Origin: Octopus sinensis
Taxonomy: Eukaryota
Reading direction: 5' to 3'
Assembly: GCF_006345805.1 (NCBI RefSeq)
Contig: NC_043009.1
Coordinates: 9,486,001 to 9,550,000, forward strand
DNA: 64,000 nucleotides
In this document: piece after piece, positions 39,460 to 52,373 of the stretch
Layout: every line of letters starts with the position of its first letter
How positions within the stretch are numbered: the stretch's first letter is position 1
Translations under genes and position numbers: made by a program
The notes under the pieces: model-generated
What the model was told of the DNA's origin: nothing
The model's input: the letters and a program-made list of their open reading frames with translations, nothing else
The model's database searches: none

Positions 39460-39718
39460 AACAGTATAGGCAACAGAAAAATTAATTAATTGGTTAATTA
39501 ACAAACAGAAATAAACTGCAACCAGATTGTAGTTTCAACACAATTCTTTCTTATTTTTGCTTGTTTCGGTTATTGGACTGCAGCTGTGCAGGGTTTAGTA
39601 GAACTAATCAATCCCCGTACTTTTTTTTAAAAGTCTGGTACTTATTTGGTTAGTCTGTTTTGTCAGACTGCTAAGTTATAGGGATGTAAACAAATGAATA
39701 CCGGGGACAAACACACAA

Positions 39719-39749
<31 letters not shown>

Positions 39750-40117
39750 CACGCACTCAGGCATAAATATACGGCGAGCTTCCACACAGTTTTCACTGCA
39801 AGGCATTAGTCAGCTTGGGGCTGTGATAGAAGACACCTACCCAAGGTGCAACGCAGTGCGACCCGGTGATTGCAAAGCAGGTTTCTTAACCACACATGCA
39901 TGCCTGCGTTGGATCAATCCGAAAACGTTACTGTTTTAATATTCAAAACAATATATTACGTTCTCTTATGTTATATGTTGTATCTTTGTTCTGCTTTCAA
40001 ATATTTACTGTATATTAGGCATAGTGATTCCTTTCAGAGGGACAAGGCCCGATATTCTAAGGGCCGGAAACAATCAATTACATCGACTCGTGTATTTGAC
40101 TAATACTTTATTTTATC

Positions 40118-40573
40118 AGGTGCAGGAGTGGCTGTGTGGTAAGTAGCTTGCTTACCAACCACATGGTTCCGGGTTCAGTCCCACTGTGTGGCACCTTGGG
40201 CAAGTGTCTTCTACTATAGCCTCGGGCTGACCAAAGCCTTGTAAGTGGACTTGGTAGACAGAAACTGAAAGAAGCCCATCGTATATATGTATATGTATGT
40301 ATGTCTGAATGTCTGTCTGTATGTATGTATATATATATATATGTATATATAAGTGTGTGTGTTTGTGTGTCTGTGTTTGTCACCCCAACGTCGCTTGACA
40401 ACTGATGCTGGTGTGTTTATGGCCCCGTAACTTAGCGGTTCGGCAAAAGAGACCGGTAGAATAAGTACTAGGCTTACAAAAAATAAGTCCTGGGGGCGAT
40501 TTGGTCGACTAAAGGCGGTGCTCCAGCATGGCCGCAGTCAAATGACTGAAACAAGTAAAAGAGAGTAAAAGAG
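40118..40573 (+). mobile_element. SINE family A, full length
   Basis: Head to (GTAAAAGA)n tail complete. Confidence 0.9.
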
Positions 40574-40794
40574 AGCCCCGAAGGATCAAAAACAATGTCA
40601 ACTCTGACCCCTGTTAAGGGCTGTGACTTAAATACTGCAAAACATTTTCTCCGACACGCCCACCACTCTACTAATTCATTATTCTCTTTGTAGATATGCA
40701 TAAACGATGAGTTTTAGTTGGGGAAAAAAAATCCGTAATAGGGGAAATAACTCTTGGTGTCATTTTGCTGAAATATGAATTCGTCTGAGAATAT

Positions 40795-41167
40795 ATTTAC
40801 TCTTTTACTTGTTTCAGTCATTTGACGGCGGCCATTCTGGAGCACCGCCTTTAGTCGAGCAAATCGACCCCAGGACTTATTCTTCGTAAGCCTAATACTT
40901 ATTCTACCGGGCCCTTTTGCCGAATCGCCAAGTTACGGGGACGTAAACACACCAGTATCGGTTGTCAAGTGATGTTAGTGGGGGGGGGGGGACAAACACA
41001 CACACATATACGACGGGCTTCTTTCAGTTTCCGTCTACCAAATCCACTCACGAGGCTTTGGTTGGCCCAAGGCTATAGTAGAAGACACTTGCCCAAGGTG
41101 CCACGCAGTGGGACTGAACCCGGAACCATGTGGTTGGTAAGCAAGCTACCTACCACACAGCCACTCA
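40795..41167 (-). mobile_element. SINE family A, nearly full length
   Basis: Inverted relative to the 40118 copy. Confidence 0.88.
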
Positions 41168-41483
41168 ACAGTAAATTAAATTTCATTTTATCCTCGTAAC
41201 AGAATAGGTAGATGTGGTGGTGGTGGTTGTGATGGGAGGGGGAAACATTGCTTTTATTCTTGCTTTGATCTCTGTTTTGTAGAAGTGGGAAGTGTGTGTG
41301 TGCGTGTGAGAGAGGGAACTGAGTAAAGTTCATGCGGGGATTTTTATGAACAATGGTTATTGTTTTAAAGAAAACTTTGTGAGTAAAAAATGTTTTGATG
41401 TAGAGACACAGAAAAGAAGTTCAGACAGGTTTGGTTGTGCAAGTCACAGTTAGGACTTTGTTGTTGTTGTCATTTATACCAAG

Positions 41484-41867
41484 ACTAGCACTATGACCTG
41501 GCGTTGCAGGGTCATAGTGCTAATGCATGCATAAACAGCTGCGTGCGTGCGCACATACACGCGAGTACTGTCCAAATCTCTGATCAATCACATACAGCTA
41601 GCTGGCATTCAATTGGCGTATCAAGTTTCGGGCATTTTGATTGGGTTTTGGATAGAAAATTCACAAAAAAGTCACTTTTATTGAATTTTTAATGGCTTTG
41701 CGGGGTGACTGGGGAAATGTAAAGATGTGCACGACTACCCTTGGACGGTTTTGAATGACCATAGAAAGTGCGAGCCCTCTAACTGAAAAATTGTGGATTT
41801 GTATAAAGGACACACACACACACAGACACACACACACAGACATTTTGTCGTTCATATATATAGAGAT
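41484..41867 (+). mobile_element. HINE-like element, family 1, full length
   Basis: Terminal hairpin, body, (CA)n and TATATAGAGAT end. Confidence 0.75.
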
Positions 41868-43401
41868 CAACTCTGAATGAGTAGACATATGATCGAAAGC
41901 ATTCCAGCCATGGCACCCCACTCCCATTTTTTTCTCAGACCTGTGTCTGTACACGCACACACACACACACACACGAGGGGAACTTGAGGAGTGGCTTGGC
42001 AAATCCAACTCCTGGAGACAGGGGTATCACTTGGCTGATGGTTAATAGGGATGTTATCTCATGTGCCTTTTATTTTTTCCAAAATGATAGAATGCAACCT
42101 GCTCCACATTGAGACACTCCCTCTGCATTATTTTGTGCTAAACCCAGTTTACCCTGTGGATATAGTTTCAGAAGCCCTTTATTCTCAAAGCTAATTTTTC
42201 CAAGTTACACCAGATAAAAATGGAGCTTTCTATGGTGCTCAACCCATCCAAATAGTTATGAAGTTTAACTGATTATTGAATAATATATCTTGCTTTACAG
42301 ATAGTGTATATGGATCCTATAGATAATATATTCTTTTCTACTCTAGGGAGGGGGCCAGTCGATTTGATCAACCCCAGTACGCAACTGGTACTTATTTTAT
42401 CGACCCCATAACGATGAAAGGCAAAGTCGACCTCAGCGTAGAGAGTATGAAAGTGTATTTAGACCTTACAGTAGTATATACACACACACCTTATGTGCTT
42501 TTTTCAGTATTGTAGCCCTGGGTCAAACAATGCCATGTGAGTGAATTTGGTAGATACATACAAGGTTCTTGTCTGTTACATGTGTGTGTGTGTGTGTGTG
42601 TGAGTATTTATGTTTCCATAACGTAGCAGTTCAGCAAAAGAGATTAATAAAATATGTACCAGACTTTAAAAAAAATTAATTTGGGGGTTGAGTTGTTTGA
42701 CTAAACCCTTCATGGCTGCAGTCCATTGACAAAAACAAGTAAAAGATAAAAGAAAAAAAATTACTAATCTCTATCTACCAAAGAGTAACATTTTGGTATT
42801 GAACATTAGTCATTATATGCTGTGAAGGAGACAAACATCCTGAGATTTCAAACAAAAATTTGGATTGGATTGGATTGGCTGTGTTCAGTCAAGGATAAAG
42901 GCCTCAGCATGTTCTCTCCACCGACCATGTTTCAACGCGGAGGTTGTGAATTTCAGTTTGAGATCATACTGATTTGATGAGTTTACTCTGCCAAACTGGC
43001 TCGACATGGCTTGGCAGAGGGATGCATTATTTATTTATTTATTTATTTATTTTTTGGGGTGGGGGGTACTCATACCCAGGAGTAGTTAAATCAATTACAT
43101 GAACCCCAGTGCTCAACTGCTACTTATTTTATCAACCCCCAAAGGGATGAGAGGCTAAATCGACCTTAGCAGAATTTAAATTCAGAACGTAAGGGTAGAC
43201 AAATTACTGCTAATCATTTCATAAAATCATTTCGTCTGGTATGCTGACAATTCTTCCAGCTTGTAGTATATTGGACCTTAAATTATATTCGGATATTTAC
43301 ATTGCGCATTTATGCCTTATAGTTACTATGTTTAAAGTTTATAGTCGGGGCATGACTAAGAAGATTGCTTCACAACCCTGTAGCTTCAGTTGCATGGCAC
43401 A

Positions 43402-43629
43402 TTAACCCTTTCATTACTGTATATATTTTGAGATGCTCTGTGTTTCTTTCAATTATTTTAAATATAACAAAGAATTTAGTAAATTAACTTAGTTATCATT
43501 CAGCTAGTGTTAGGAATATAAATTGTGACTAAGGTTTGGTGGAAGATTTTAATTCAAAACTTATGAAAACAAGACATTTCTACTCGGAGCCAGAGCCGGT
43601 TTCAGCTGGGTTGGTAATGAAAGGGTTAA
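43402..43629. mobile_element. TTAA-flanked MITE
   Basis: TTAACCCTTTCATTAC ... GTAATGAAAGGGTTAA. Closely similar to 59943-60171. Confidence 0.8.
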
Positions 43630-43972
43630 ACAAATGTCTTTTATTATAACTGGATTATAATGTGTGTGTGTGTGGGTGCATGCATGTGTGTGTGTGTTTC
43701 TCTCCTTGTCATGGTAACACACAATTTTTGGAAACAAGCATTCCCATTGTTACACACGCAGTGTCATTTGTTTCCAACCTTCCTTGTAAACATGTCTCGC
43801 CACAAGGAAATGTTACCTTGCTTGGAAAACTGCTAAAAGATAGCAAATGAAGAGCATCTTGGTCTTAGAAAATCTGCCTCAATGAATTCTGTCTGACCCA
43901 TGGAAGCATAGAAAAATGGGTGTTAGAACAATGATGAGGATTATTAAATTAAAATATAAAATTTCTACAATT

Positions 43973-44365
43973 TATAATATAATATATATATAATATAATA
44001 TAATATAATATAATATATATAATATAATATAATATAATATAATATAATATATATATAATATAATAATATAATATAATATAATATAATAATATAATATAAT
44101 ATAATAATAATATAATATAATAATAATATAATATAATATAATATAATATAATATAATATAATGAAATTATCGTATTCAGTGCTCAGGTGCACCACAACTT
44201 GTCAAAAGTGCGTATAAAGTATATGCAGTAATGTACAAATGTCTGGAAAGCAAACAGTGTATGAGTCAGATACATTCTTGCGTGTGTATGGAAGGGGGGG
44301 AGGGAATCAGGTGTAGTGTTGGCGAATCTCAGAAGCATGGAAGTTTTGAAGGATGCAGAACATTA
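43973..44365 (-). mobile_element. LINE 3' end with (TATTA)n tail
   Basis: Minus strand SFKTSMLLRFANTTPD-like terminus, then a UTR running into a pentanucleotide tail at 43973-44160. Confidence 0.45.
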
Positions 44366-44713
44366 TATATAATGTTTTGACTTGTCTTGATATAAAACAT
44401 TATCAGGTTATCAGCTCTCCATTGACAAATGTGGTTATGGCTCTTATTTTCTGTGTACTTTTACTATCAAATATGTCTAAGCTCTCTTAAGTTTGTTTGC
44501 TTTGATTGTCTGCCTCAGTGTCGGTATTGGTATTGGTATCTCAGAAACTACTCAAGTTAGGAAGTCCAAATATTTTATCAATTATTATTACTAAGCAAAA
44601 AAGGCAATTAGCATGCCGGGCGAAATGCTTAGCGATATAGGCATGTTCTGAGTTCAAATTCCGCTGAGATCGACATACATACATATACACATATATATAT
44701 ACATATATATATG

Positions 44714-44745
<32 letters not shown>

Positions 44746-44749
44746 TATA

Positions 44750-44799
<50 letters not shown>

Positions 44800-45289
44800 C
44801 ATACATACATGCATGCATACATGCATACATACGCACATACACACATACATACATACATACATACATACATACATACATACATACATACATACATACATAA
44901 CATACATACACACACATACATACATCCTTTCATCCTTTTGGGGTTGATAAATTAAGTACCAGTTGAATACTGGGGTCGATGTGGTTGACTATTCCCCTCC
45001 CTGCAAAATCCAGGTCTTGTGCCTATAGTAGAAGCGAATATTACAAAGTAAAATTTAATTAATTTTTTTTTCCCCCACCCTAAAATTTTGCTTTATGTTT
45101 CAAGTTATTTTAGATAACTTTTGTGGGAACTAAACATTAAAAGGAAAATAAAATCCGTTACACACACACGCATGTACACACATTACCATCACCACCACCA
45201 GCACCACCACCACCCTCTACATTTTTATATTTGAAGACAGAAAGCCTTGCAGTATTTCCTGATACTCTTGGTAGATAGAGATTAGTAAA

Positions 45290-45690
45290 TTTTTTTCTTT
45301 TATCTTTTACTTGTTTTTGTCATTGGAGTGTGGCCATGCTGGGGCACTGCCTTGAAGGGTTTAGTCAAACAACTCAACCCCCAAATTAATTTTTTTTTAA
45401 AGTCTGGTACATATTTTATTAATCTCTTTTGCTGAACTGCTATATTATGGGAACATAAACAAACCAACATGTGTTATCAAGTTGTGTGGAAGGGGACACA
45501 TAAACACACACACACACATGTAACAGACAAGAACCTTGTATGTATCTACCAAATTCACTCACATAGCATTGTTTGACCCAGGGCTACAATACAAAAAAAA
45601 AGCACGTTGCCCAAAGTGCTGTACAATAGGACTGAACCTGAAACTATGTGGTTGTTAAGCAACCTTATTAACAACACAGCCATGCCTATG
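45290..45690 (-). mobile_element. SINE family A, older diverged copy
   Basis: Family A modules present. Its mutations are shared with the inverted duplicate at 42495-42787. Confidence 0.75.
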
Positions 45691-46717
45691 TATAGGGTAT
45701 GACATTGAAGCAATTTTAAACAGAATTAATTAATTCTAAGTGTAATTAACTAATTAACAGAAAGGAGATTGGCTTAACGCACTTTATGAACTGAAGCAGT
45801 GTGTGATAAAATGTTTTATCCAAAATACAACACAAGATTTGTACTCAGGTTTAAAGGCAGGCCAACTACATTATTTACCCAGCCATTTTGCCGTCACCCC
45901 AAATATATTTTTGATGAACATTAGTCATTATATGCTGTGAAGGAGACAAACATCCTGAGATTTCAAACAAAAAAAAAAACCTTCATTCGTCATGCTTGCA
46001 TAAGTTGAACAGAATTTATTGAGGTAGATTTTCTAGGGCTTATACCCTTTCTATAGCTGACCCTTACTTCTTTCCAAGCAAGGTAATATTTCCCTAAGGT
46101 CAGACATGTTACGCAGAATATTGGAAATGAAAGGCATTCATTTATTACAATCATGCAATGTCAAAACAAAGACACACAAACACACGTATGTACATACATA
46201 CATACATACATATACATATATATATATGTATATATATATATATAGAAACATACATACATACATATATATATATATATGTATATATACAACAGGCTTCTTT
46301 CAGTTTCCATCTACAAAATCTACTCACAAGGCTTTGGTCCACCCAAGACTATAGTAGAAGACACTTGCCCATGTTGCCATGCAGTGGGACTGAACCCGGA
46401 ACCATGTGATTGGGAAGCAAGCTTCTTACCACACAGACACTCCTGTGCTTATGTGTGTGTGTATATATATATAAATTTATAAATAAGTATAAGATTGAGA
46501 TTTAAATATTGATCTTATCAAGTGGCCAGCATGGGAATAAAAACCTTACAAAGGTAATAATTATTTAAAACTATAAATTAGGGTATCTGAGAGATACCAC
46601 CATGATGCCGAAATAGCAGTCAAAACCTGACCCTAAAGCCACATTAAATGTTCATATAGCACTAGGAGAGTAGACAGAGAGACAAAATAAACTAGCAAAT
46701 CTGTATTTATGTGCTAT

Positions 46718-46790
46718 CTGGTATATTCCACTGATGAAGGCAGAGCATCTCTTATGCAAAGCCAGAAATCCAGGATCTGAAATTATCCAG
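46718..46790 (+). ncRNA. Putative type-I hammerhead ribozyme in an inverted-repeat element
   Basis: CTGATGA 46731-46737, stem II GGC/GCC, GAAA 46765-46768, stem III ATCC-A-GGAT, C17 at 46777, and an interrupted stem I. One A.A mismatch at the base of stem II. Confidence 0.6.
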
Positions 46791-47825
46791 TAAAATTTTT
46801 TTTGCTAGTTTATTTTGTTTCGATGTCTACTCTCCTAGTGCTATATGAACATTTAATGTGGCTTTAGGGTCAGGTTTTGACTGCTATTTCAGCGTGGCAG
46901 TATCTCTCAGATACCCTAATTTATAATTTTTTATATATGTGTGTATGTATATATATATATATATATATAATATATATATATTATATATATATATATATGT
47001 ATATATATATAATAATATTAGGGAATATGATTCCAAACTTACAGAGAGAAATTCAATTTAGTAATACTAAATCAAATTTCACAATATATAATATACGTAT
47101 ATAAATTAGAGAACAACCACCATGTAGCAATTCAACAATGATATCCTTAAATCATACCATATAGAAAAAAATTAAAGATACGATAAAACATTTACCTAAA
47201 TGTATGTATTTGAACCATTTTTCTATTATTAATTCTTGTAGTTATAGTTTGTATATAAGTTAGCATGAGGTTTTATAATAAATATTACATAATTAGAATA
47301 AGATTAAACTTAGATGTTTATTAAATAAATACATAAATAAATAATTTAATGGATATAGATTAAATTATAGTAATTTAGCTTAACTGAATGTATATTATGT
47401 ATTTTTAATATTTTGTTTTAATTACTTGGACTTTAATTTTCCATTAATGATATACTATAGTTTATTATCTTCTTCTCTAAGCTAAAATGTATTTTCATAG
47501 ATAAAATAAACATTTCTATCTATTTATTATATTTTTATTTACACCACATTTTTAACGAGACAAATTTATTATAAACACTAAGTCTTACGTATTAAGCTTA
47601 AAGATTTAGTTAATAGAATTTATTCAATAACATAAGTCATGTTTTTATTTTAAGAAATATCGTTGAACGTTGTTTGTCTATTTACTAATTATATACTATT
47701 TATTTATTATTTAGTACTTTATTTAGTTCTAGGTAAATGCTTTATCGTATCTTTAATTTTTTTCTACATGGTATGATTTAAGTATATCATTGTTGAATTG
47801 TTTAATGGTGGTTCTTCTCTTATTG

Positions 47826-47857
<32 letters not shown>

Positions 47858-47859
47858 AA

Positions 47860-48190
47860 AGTGAAGGCGCATGGTTCAGTGGTTAGAGCGTCAAGCTTAT
47901 GATTGTAAGGTTGTGAGTTTGAACCCCAGACCGGGCTGTGTGTTGTGTTCTTGAACAAGACACTTTATTTCACATTGCTCCAGTTCACTCAGCTGTAGAA
48001 ATGAGTTGTGACATCACTGGTGCCAAGCTGTATCAGCCCCTTTGCCTTTCCCTTGGATAACACCGGTGATGTGGAGATTAGAGGCTGGTATGCATAGGCG
48101 ACTGCTGGTCTTCCATAAATAACCTCACCTGGGCTTGTGCCTTGGAGGGTAACTTTCTAGGTGCCATAGTCATTCTGACCAAGGTGGGTT
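47860..48190 (+). mobile_element. SINE family D, full length
   Basis: GTGAAGGCGCATGGTTCAGTGGTTAGAGCG A box and GAGTTTGAACCCC B box. Confidence 0.88.
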
Positions 48191-48464
48191 CCAAGCCCTT
48201 ATACATATGCATATATGGCATATGTCAATGTGTTTGTGTCTCCTTGGCTAAACATCACTTGATAGTGGTAAACAAATGTTACACTCGTGCAAACAGTGAC
48301 CTTTGTTACCAATCCTTCATGGAAACATGTCTAGCCATAAGGAAATATCACCTTGCTTGGAAATGAGTGAAGGTTGGCAACTAAAATGGCTTCTGATCAT
48401 AGGAAATCTGCATCAGTAAATTCCTTCTGACCCATGCAAGTAAAGAAAAGTGGACATTACAAGG

Positions 48465-49287
48465 AGGTGGGGTGCCAGGTGAAATGCGTAGTAGTATTTT
48501 ACCCATCGATGATACATTCTGAGTTCAAATTCTGCCAAGGTCAACTTTGCCCTTCATCCTTTCGGAGTTGATAAATTAAGTACCAGTGAAACACTGGGGG
48601 TCAATGTAATCAACTTGTCCCCTCCCCACAGATCTGAGGCCTTGTGCCTCAAGGAGAAAGGATTATTATTGATTTTATTATTGCATTTTACTTCTCAGAG
48701 AGCCCTTGACCTTACTTGCTCTGGTTAATTCTGTGAGATTGGACAGCATCCTGTTGACAAAGGTCCCTTTCCAAGAGTTATACGACTTATAACTTAAGTG
48801 TTAAGTTTCATGGAAGATACTCAACAGCCAAGTACCAATCTCAAAATCCTAGCTCACCCCCAACGGAGCAGTTTTTTGAGCATGCTCTGTCCTCATTGTC
48901 AATTCCAATTTCTCTAACATATTTTATGGAACTTGGTTGTTAGTGCTCTGAGTGTCCCTACAACTACTGGGATGACAGTTATAGTCTCCCTACAACTACA
49001 GACTAGTTATTATTATTATTACTATTATTATCATTATCATTATTAGTAGTAGTATTATTAAAGCAGTGAGCTCTTTGAATTATAAGTACACTGGACAAAA
49101 CTCTTCGCGGCATTTCATCTGTCTTTACATTCTAGGTTCAAATTTCGCTGAGGTCAACTTTGCATTTCATCCTTTTGGAGTTGATAAATTAAGTACCAGT
49201 TGCGTACTGGGGATTAATCTAATTGACTGCTCCCCCCCTCCCAAAAAATTTCGGGCCTTGTGCCTAGAGCAAAAAATATTATTATTA

Positions 49288-49348
<61 letters not shown>

Positions 49349-49560
49349 GGCGATGAGCTAGTTGGATCGTTAGTACGTTGAGTAAAATGCTTAGCGGCAT
49401 TTCGTTTGTCTTTGCATTCTGAGTTCAAATTCCGCTGAGGTCAACTTTGCTTTTCATCCTTTAGGAGTCAATAGAATAAGAACCAGTTCAACTGGGGTCG
49501 ATAAAATCAACTTATCCCCTTCCCTGAAATTGCTGGCCTTGTGTCAAACTCTGAAGTCAT
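48465..49560 (+). mobile_element. Three SINE family B copies (about 48470, 49060, 49345)
   Basis: Family B blocks with (ATT)n tails. Confidence 0.8.
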
Positions 49561-49850
49561 TATTACTATCATTATTACTACTACTACAACCGATAAGCAC
49601 GCGCTTAGAATGCAATCAGACTCAATTTGAACCTGTGGCTTTGAGCTTTAGTTGGTACTTTCATATCTGTAAGAGATTGTTTTTGTTCTGTTTTTTTTTG
49701 TTTTCTTTTTACACTCCTTGTCTAACTAAAGACCATTCTTTTATATATATATATATATTCATATATATTTATTCAAAATGTGACCGCATATGTACCGTTG
49801 GCGATTTTTTTTCCTCTGTCTTCCCTTCTCTGGATCTTTCCTGCTCCTAT

Positions 49851-49885
49851 GTTTCCGACGAAGAGCTCCGCTCGAAACGTTAAAC
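49851..49885 (+). ncRNA. Minimal hammerhead-like motif (U4C)
   Basis: GTTT-CCGACGA-A-GAGC tcc GCTC-GAAA-CGT-T-AAAC. Confidence 0.55.
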
Positions 49886-49974
49886 CCTCCTTCTTTCCTT
49901 CTTTCCTGAGCATCCAATAATACTATATTTGTTCCACGTCCTTGCATTGTTGTGTTTTCATGTTTGGATTAACT

Positions 49975-49980
49975 ATATAT

Positions 49981-50052
<72 letters not shown>

Positions 50053-50055
50053 ATG

Positions 50056-50088
<33 letters not shown>

Positions 50089-50091
50089 ATG

Positions 50092-50126
<35 letters not shown>

Positions 50127-50225
50127 ATGTATATATATATATGTATGTATGTATATGTATATATATATATATATATATGTGTATGTATGTATATGTATAT
50201 ATATATATATATGTATATATATATT
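49975..50225. repeat. (TA)n/(TATG)n compound microsatellite with higher-order repetition
   Basis: Read directly. Confidence 0.95.
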
Positions 50226-50877
50226 CGGTCATATTTAAATAGTGTTATCTCTGTAATGCTAATGTATTTGTAGGGACAATCTGTGTTTTTAAACAGGTCA
50301 CAACAGTTATTAGCCAATCTAACTGTTTTAAGTAGATTTTTATTGATTCAAGCAAAACAAATTTATGTTCTTTCTTTTAGGCTTGTGAGAAGAAATCAGT
50401 TTATTGAATTTTCTATGATCATATGACCATAATTAAAGGTCTATTTTTAGACTTACAACAATGTCCACACAATAATTCATTATAATATCTGTTTTAGCAC
50501 ATTATTTGTTAGACTGCTTATACTTTACGTTGGTTAACAAATATATTTTGCAAATTCAGTGTTGCTTTTATTTATTTAATCATTTATTTATTTTGAGGTG
50601 CTTTTTTTGCATTCAAATGTCATTTATTAGAAAAAAAAATTTAAAGTAATCATTTGAAATAGTTCATTAGGATAGTGTTGTCAGTCATGACCGAAACAAA
50701 AAGGAAAAATAAAGAACCGCTATGAAATATTATTTAATTTCATTTTAATGAGAAAGTTTTATCAATGTGAAACAGGTTCAGTAAGGAGAACAAACTACAT
50801 CCTGGGCACCGTTCTGGACACCAGCGATTACTTCTACTACTACTACTACTAATAATAATAATAATCTTTTCTACTAT

Positions 50878-51257
50878 AGGCGCAGGAGTGGCTGTGTGGT
50901 AAGTAGCTTGCTTACCAACCACATGGTTCCGGGTTCATTCCCACTGTGTGGCACCTTGGGCAAGTGTCTTCTACTATAGCCTCGGGCCGACCGAAGCCTG
51001 TCGTATATATGTATATACGACATATACATATATATATATATATGTTTGTGTGTCTGTGTTTGTCTCCCCAACATCGCTTGACAACCAATGGTGGTGTGTT
51101 TATGTCCCCGTCACTTCGTGGTTTGGCAAAAGAGACCAATAGAATAAGTACTAGGCTTCCAAAGAATAAGTCCTGAGGTCGATTTGCTCGACTAAAGGCG
51201 GTACTCCAGCATGGCCGCAGTCAAAAGACTGAAATGAGTAAAAGAGTAAAAGAGTAT
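50878..51257 (+). mobile_element. SINE family A with an internal deletion
   Basis: Head and tail complete. It lacks the GTGAGTGGATTTGG..GAAAG block. Confidence 0.85.
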
Positions 51258-51460
51258 AAGCACAAGGCTTGAAAGTTGGTGGAAGGGGACTAGTCGATTA
51301 CATCGGCCCCAGTACTCAACTGGTACTCAATTTATCGACCCCAAAAGGATGAAAGACAAAGTCGACCTCAACAGAATTTAAACTCAGAACATAAAGATGG
51401 ACGAAATGCCACTAAACATTTTGCCCAGCATGATAACGATTCAGCCTGCTCACCACCTTA

Positions 51461-51510
<50 letters not shown>

Positions 51511-51671
51511 TTTCAAATTTTGGCTCAAGTCCAACAGTTTCAGGGTAGGGATAAATCAATTACACTGACTCCAGTGCTCAACTGATATTTTTTTTATTGA
51601 CTGTGGAGTCACATACACTCTCATTACTGAGAATACAGGCTTTGTCATTGTCGGACACTGACGGACTACCA

Positions 51672-51960
51672 ATCTCTTATATAAAATCTGTTCTGTCTGT
51701 CTGAGTATCTTCTCAGATCTCGGGCATCCTCCATCCGATTGCGCTCAAATTTGATATGTAGATACCGACGGTATTAGGGCGTGTATAAGTCTTGAAAAAA
51801 TTACAAAAAACGATTCCAGGTGAAAATGCAGTCGATAAAGCCGTGGAAAATCGTTTTTCTTTGGAATAGAAAAAAGTCTATCTTTATTTCTTCTTTTGCT
51901 GGTGTCTTAAATTTAGGTTAAATCAGTGTTTCTCAAAGGGGAGGCCTATGGGACGGTCGG
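51672..51960 (-). mobile_element. HINE-like fragment with a distinct core
   Basis: ATCTCTTATATAAAA terminus, (CTGT)n, and a CCGATT..AAATTTG block typical of these elements. Confidence 0.5.
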
Positions 51961-52029
51961 ACAAGTTGTTTTGAGAAAATTTGGTTTAAATGTTTGACAA
52001 CTCAGCACCATACATTGGACGGAGTGCGT

Positions 52030-52373
52030 TTTGCTCGTACATATATAAAGAGCATTAAAAAAATGTTTCCAAAAATCATGGGGGCTGTACTGTTTACTGA
52101 TTCTATAAGTGTGGTAATGGATGATAGAGAATTCAAAATGATGGTGAAATTTGTTGTTAGGAAGGTGGCTGATAATCTTGTAGACTTCTTTCTACCAACT
52201 CAACTGCTAGACACCAGAGCTTTCATGTGTCAATGCCTAGATAACCAAGACATTCAAGATATGGGAACTAACTGAAGGTATTTGTCTGGTTGCGCATCTC
52301 TGGATAGCTTCCAAAGATCTATATTCTGAACAAGAATGGGGTTCTAGGCTGGAGATGCAAACTGCAAGTATGG
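52030..52373 (-). pseudogene. CR1/L2-clade LINE reverse-transcriptase C-terminal relic
   Basis: With frameshifts the minus strand reads PYLQFASPA*NP...DL/LEAIQRCATRQIP...VYKII...HDFWKHFF, matching the CR1 pattern PHLEYASPVWNP...LERVQRRATK...TYKII...RKHFF. Confidence 0.8.

Noticed and set aside
51994-52275. 93-aa plus-strand ORF with natural-looking composition
   Set aside because: It is antisense to a CR1-type RT relic.
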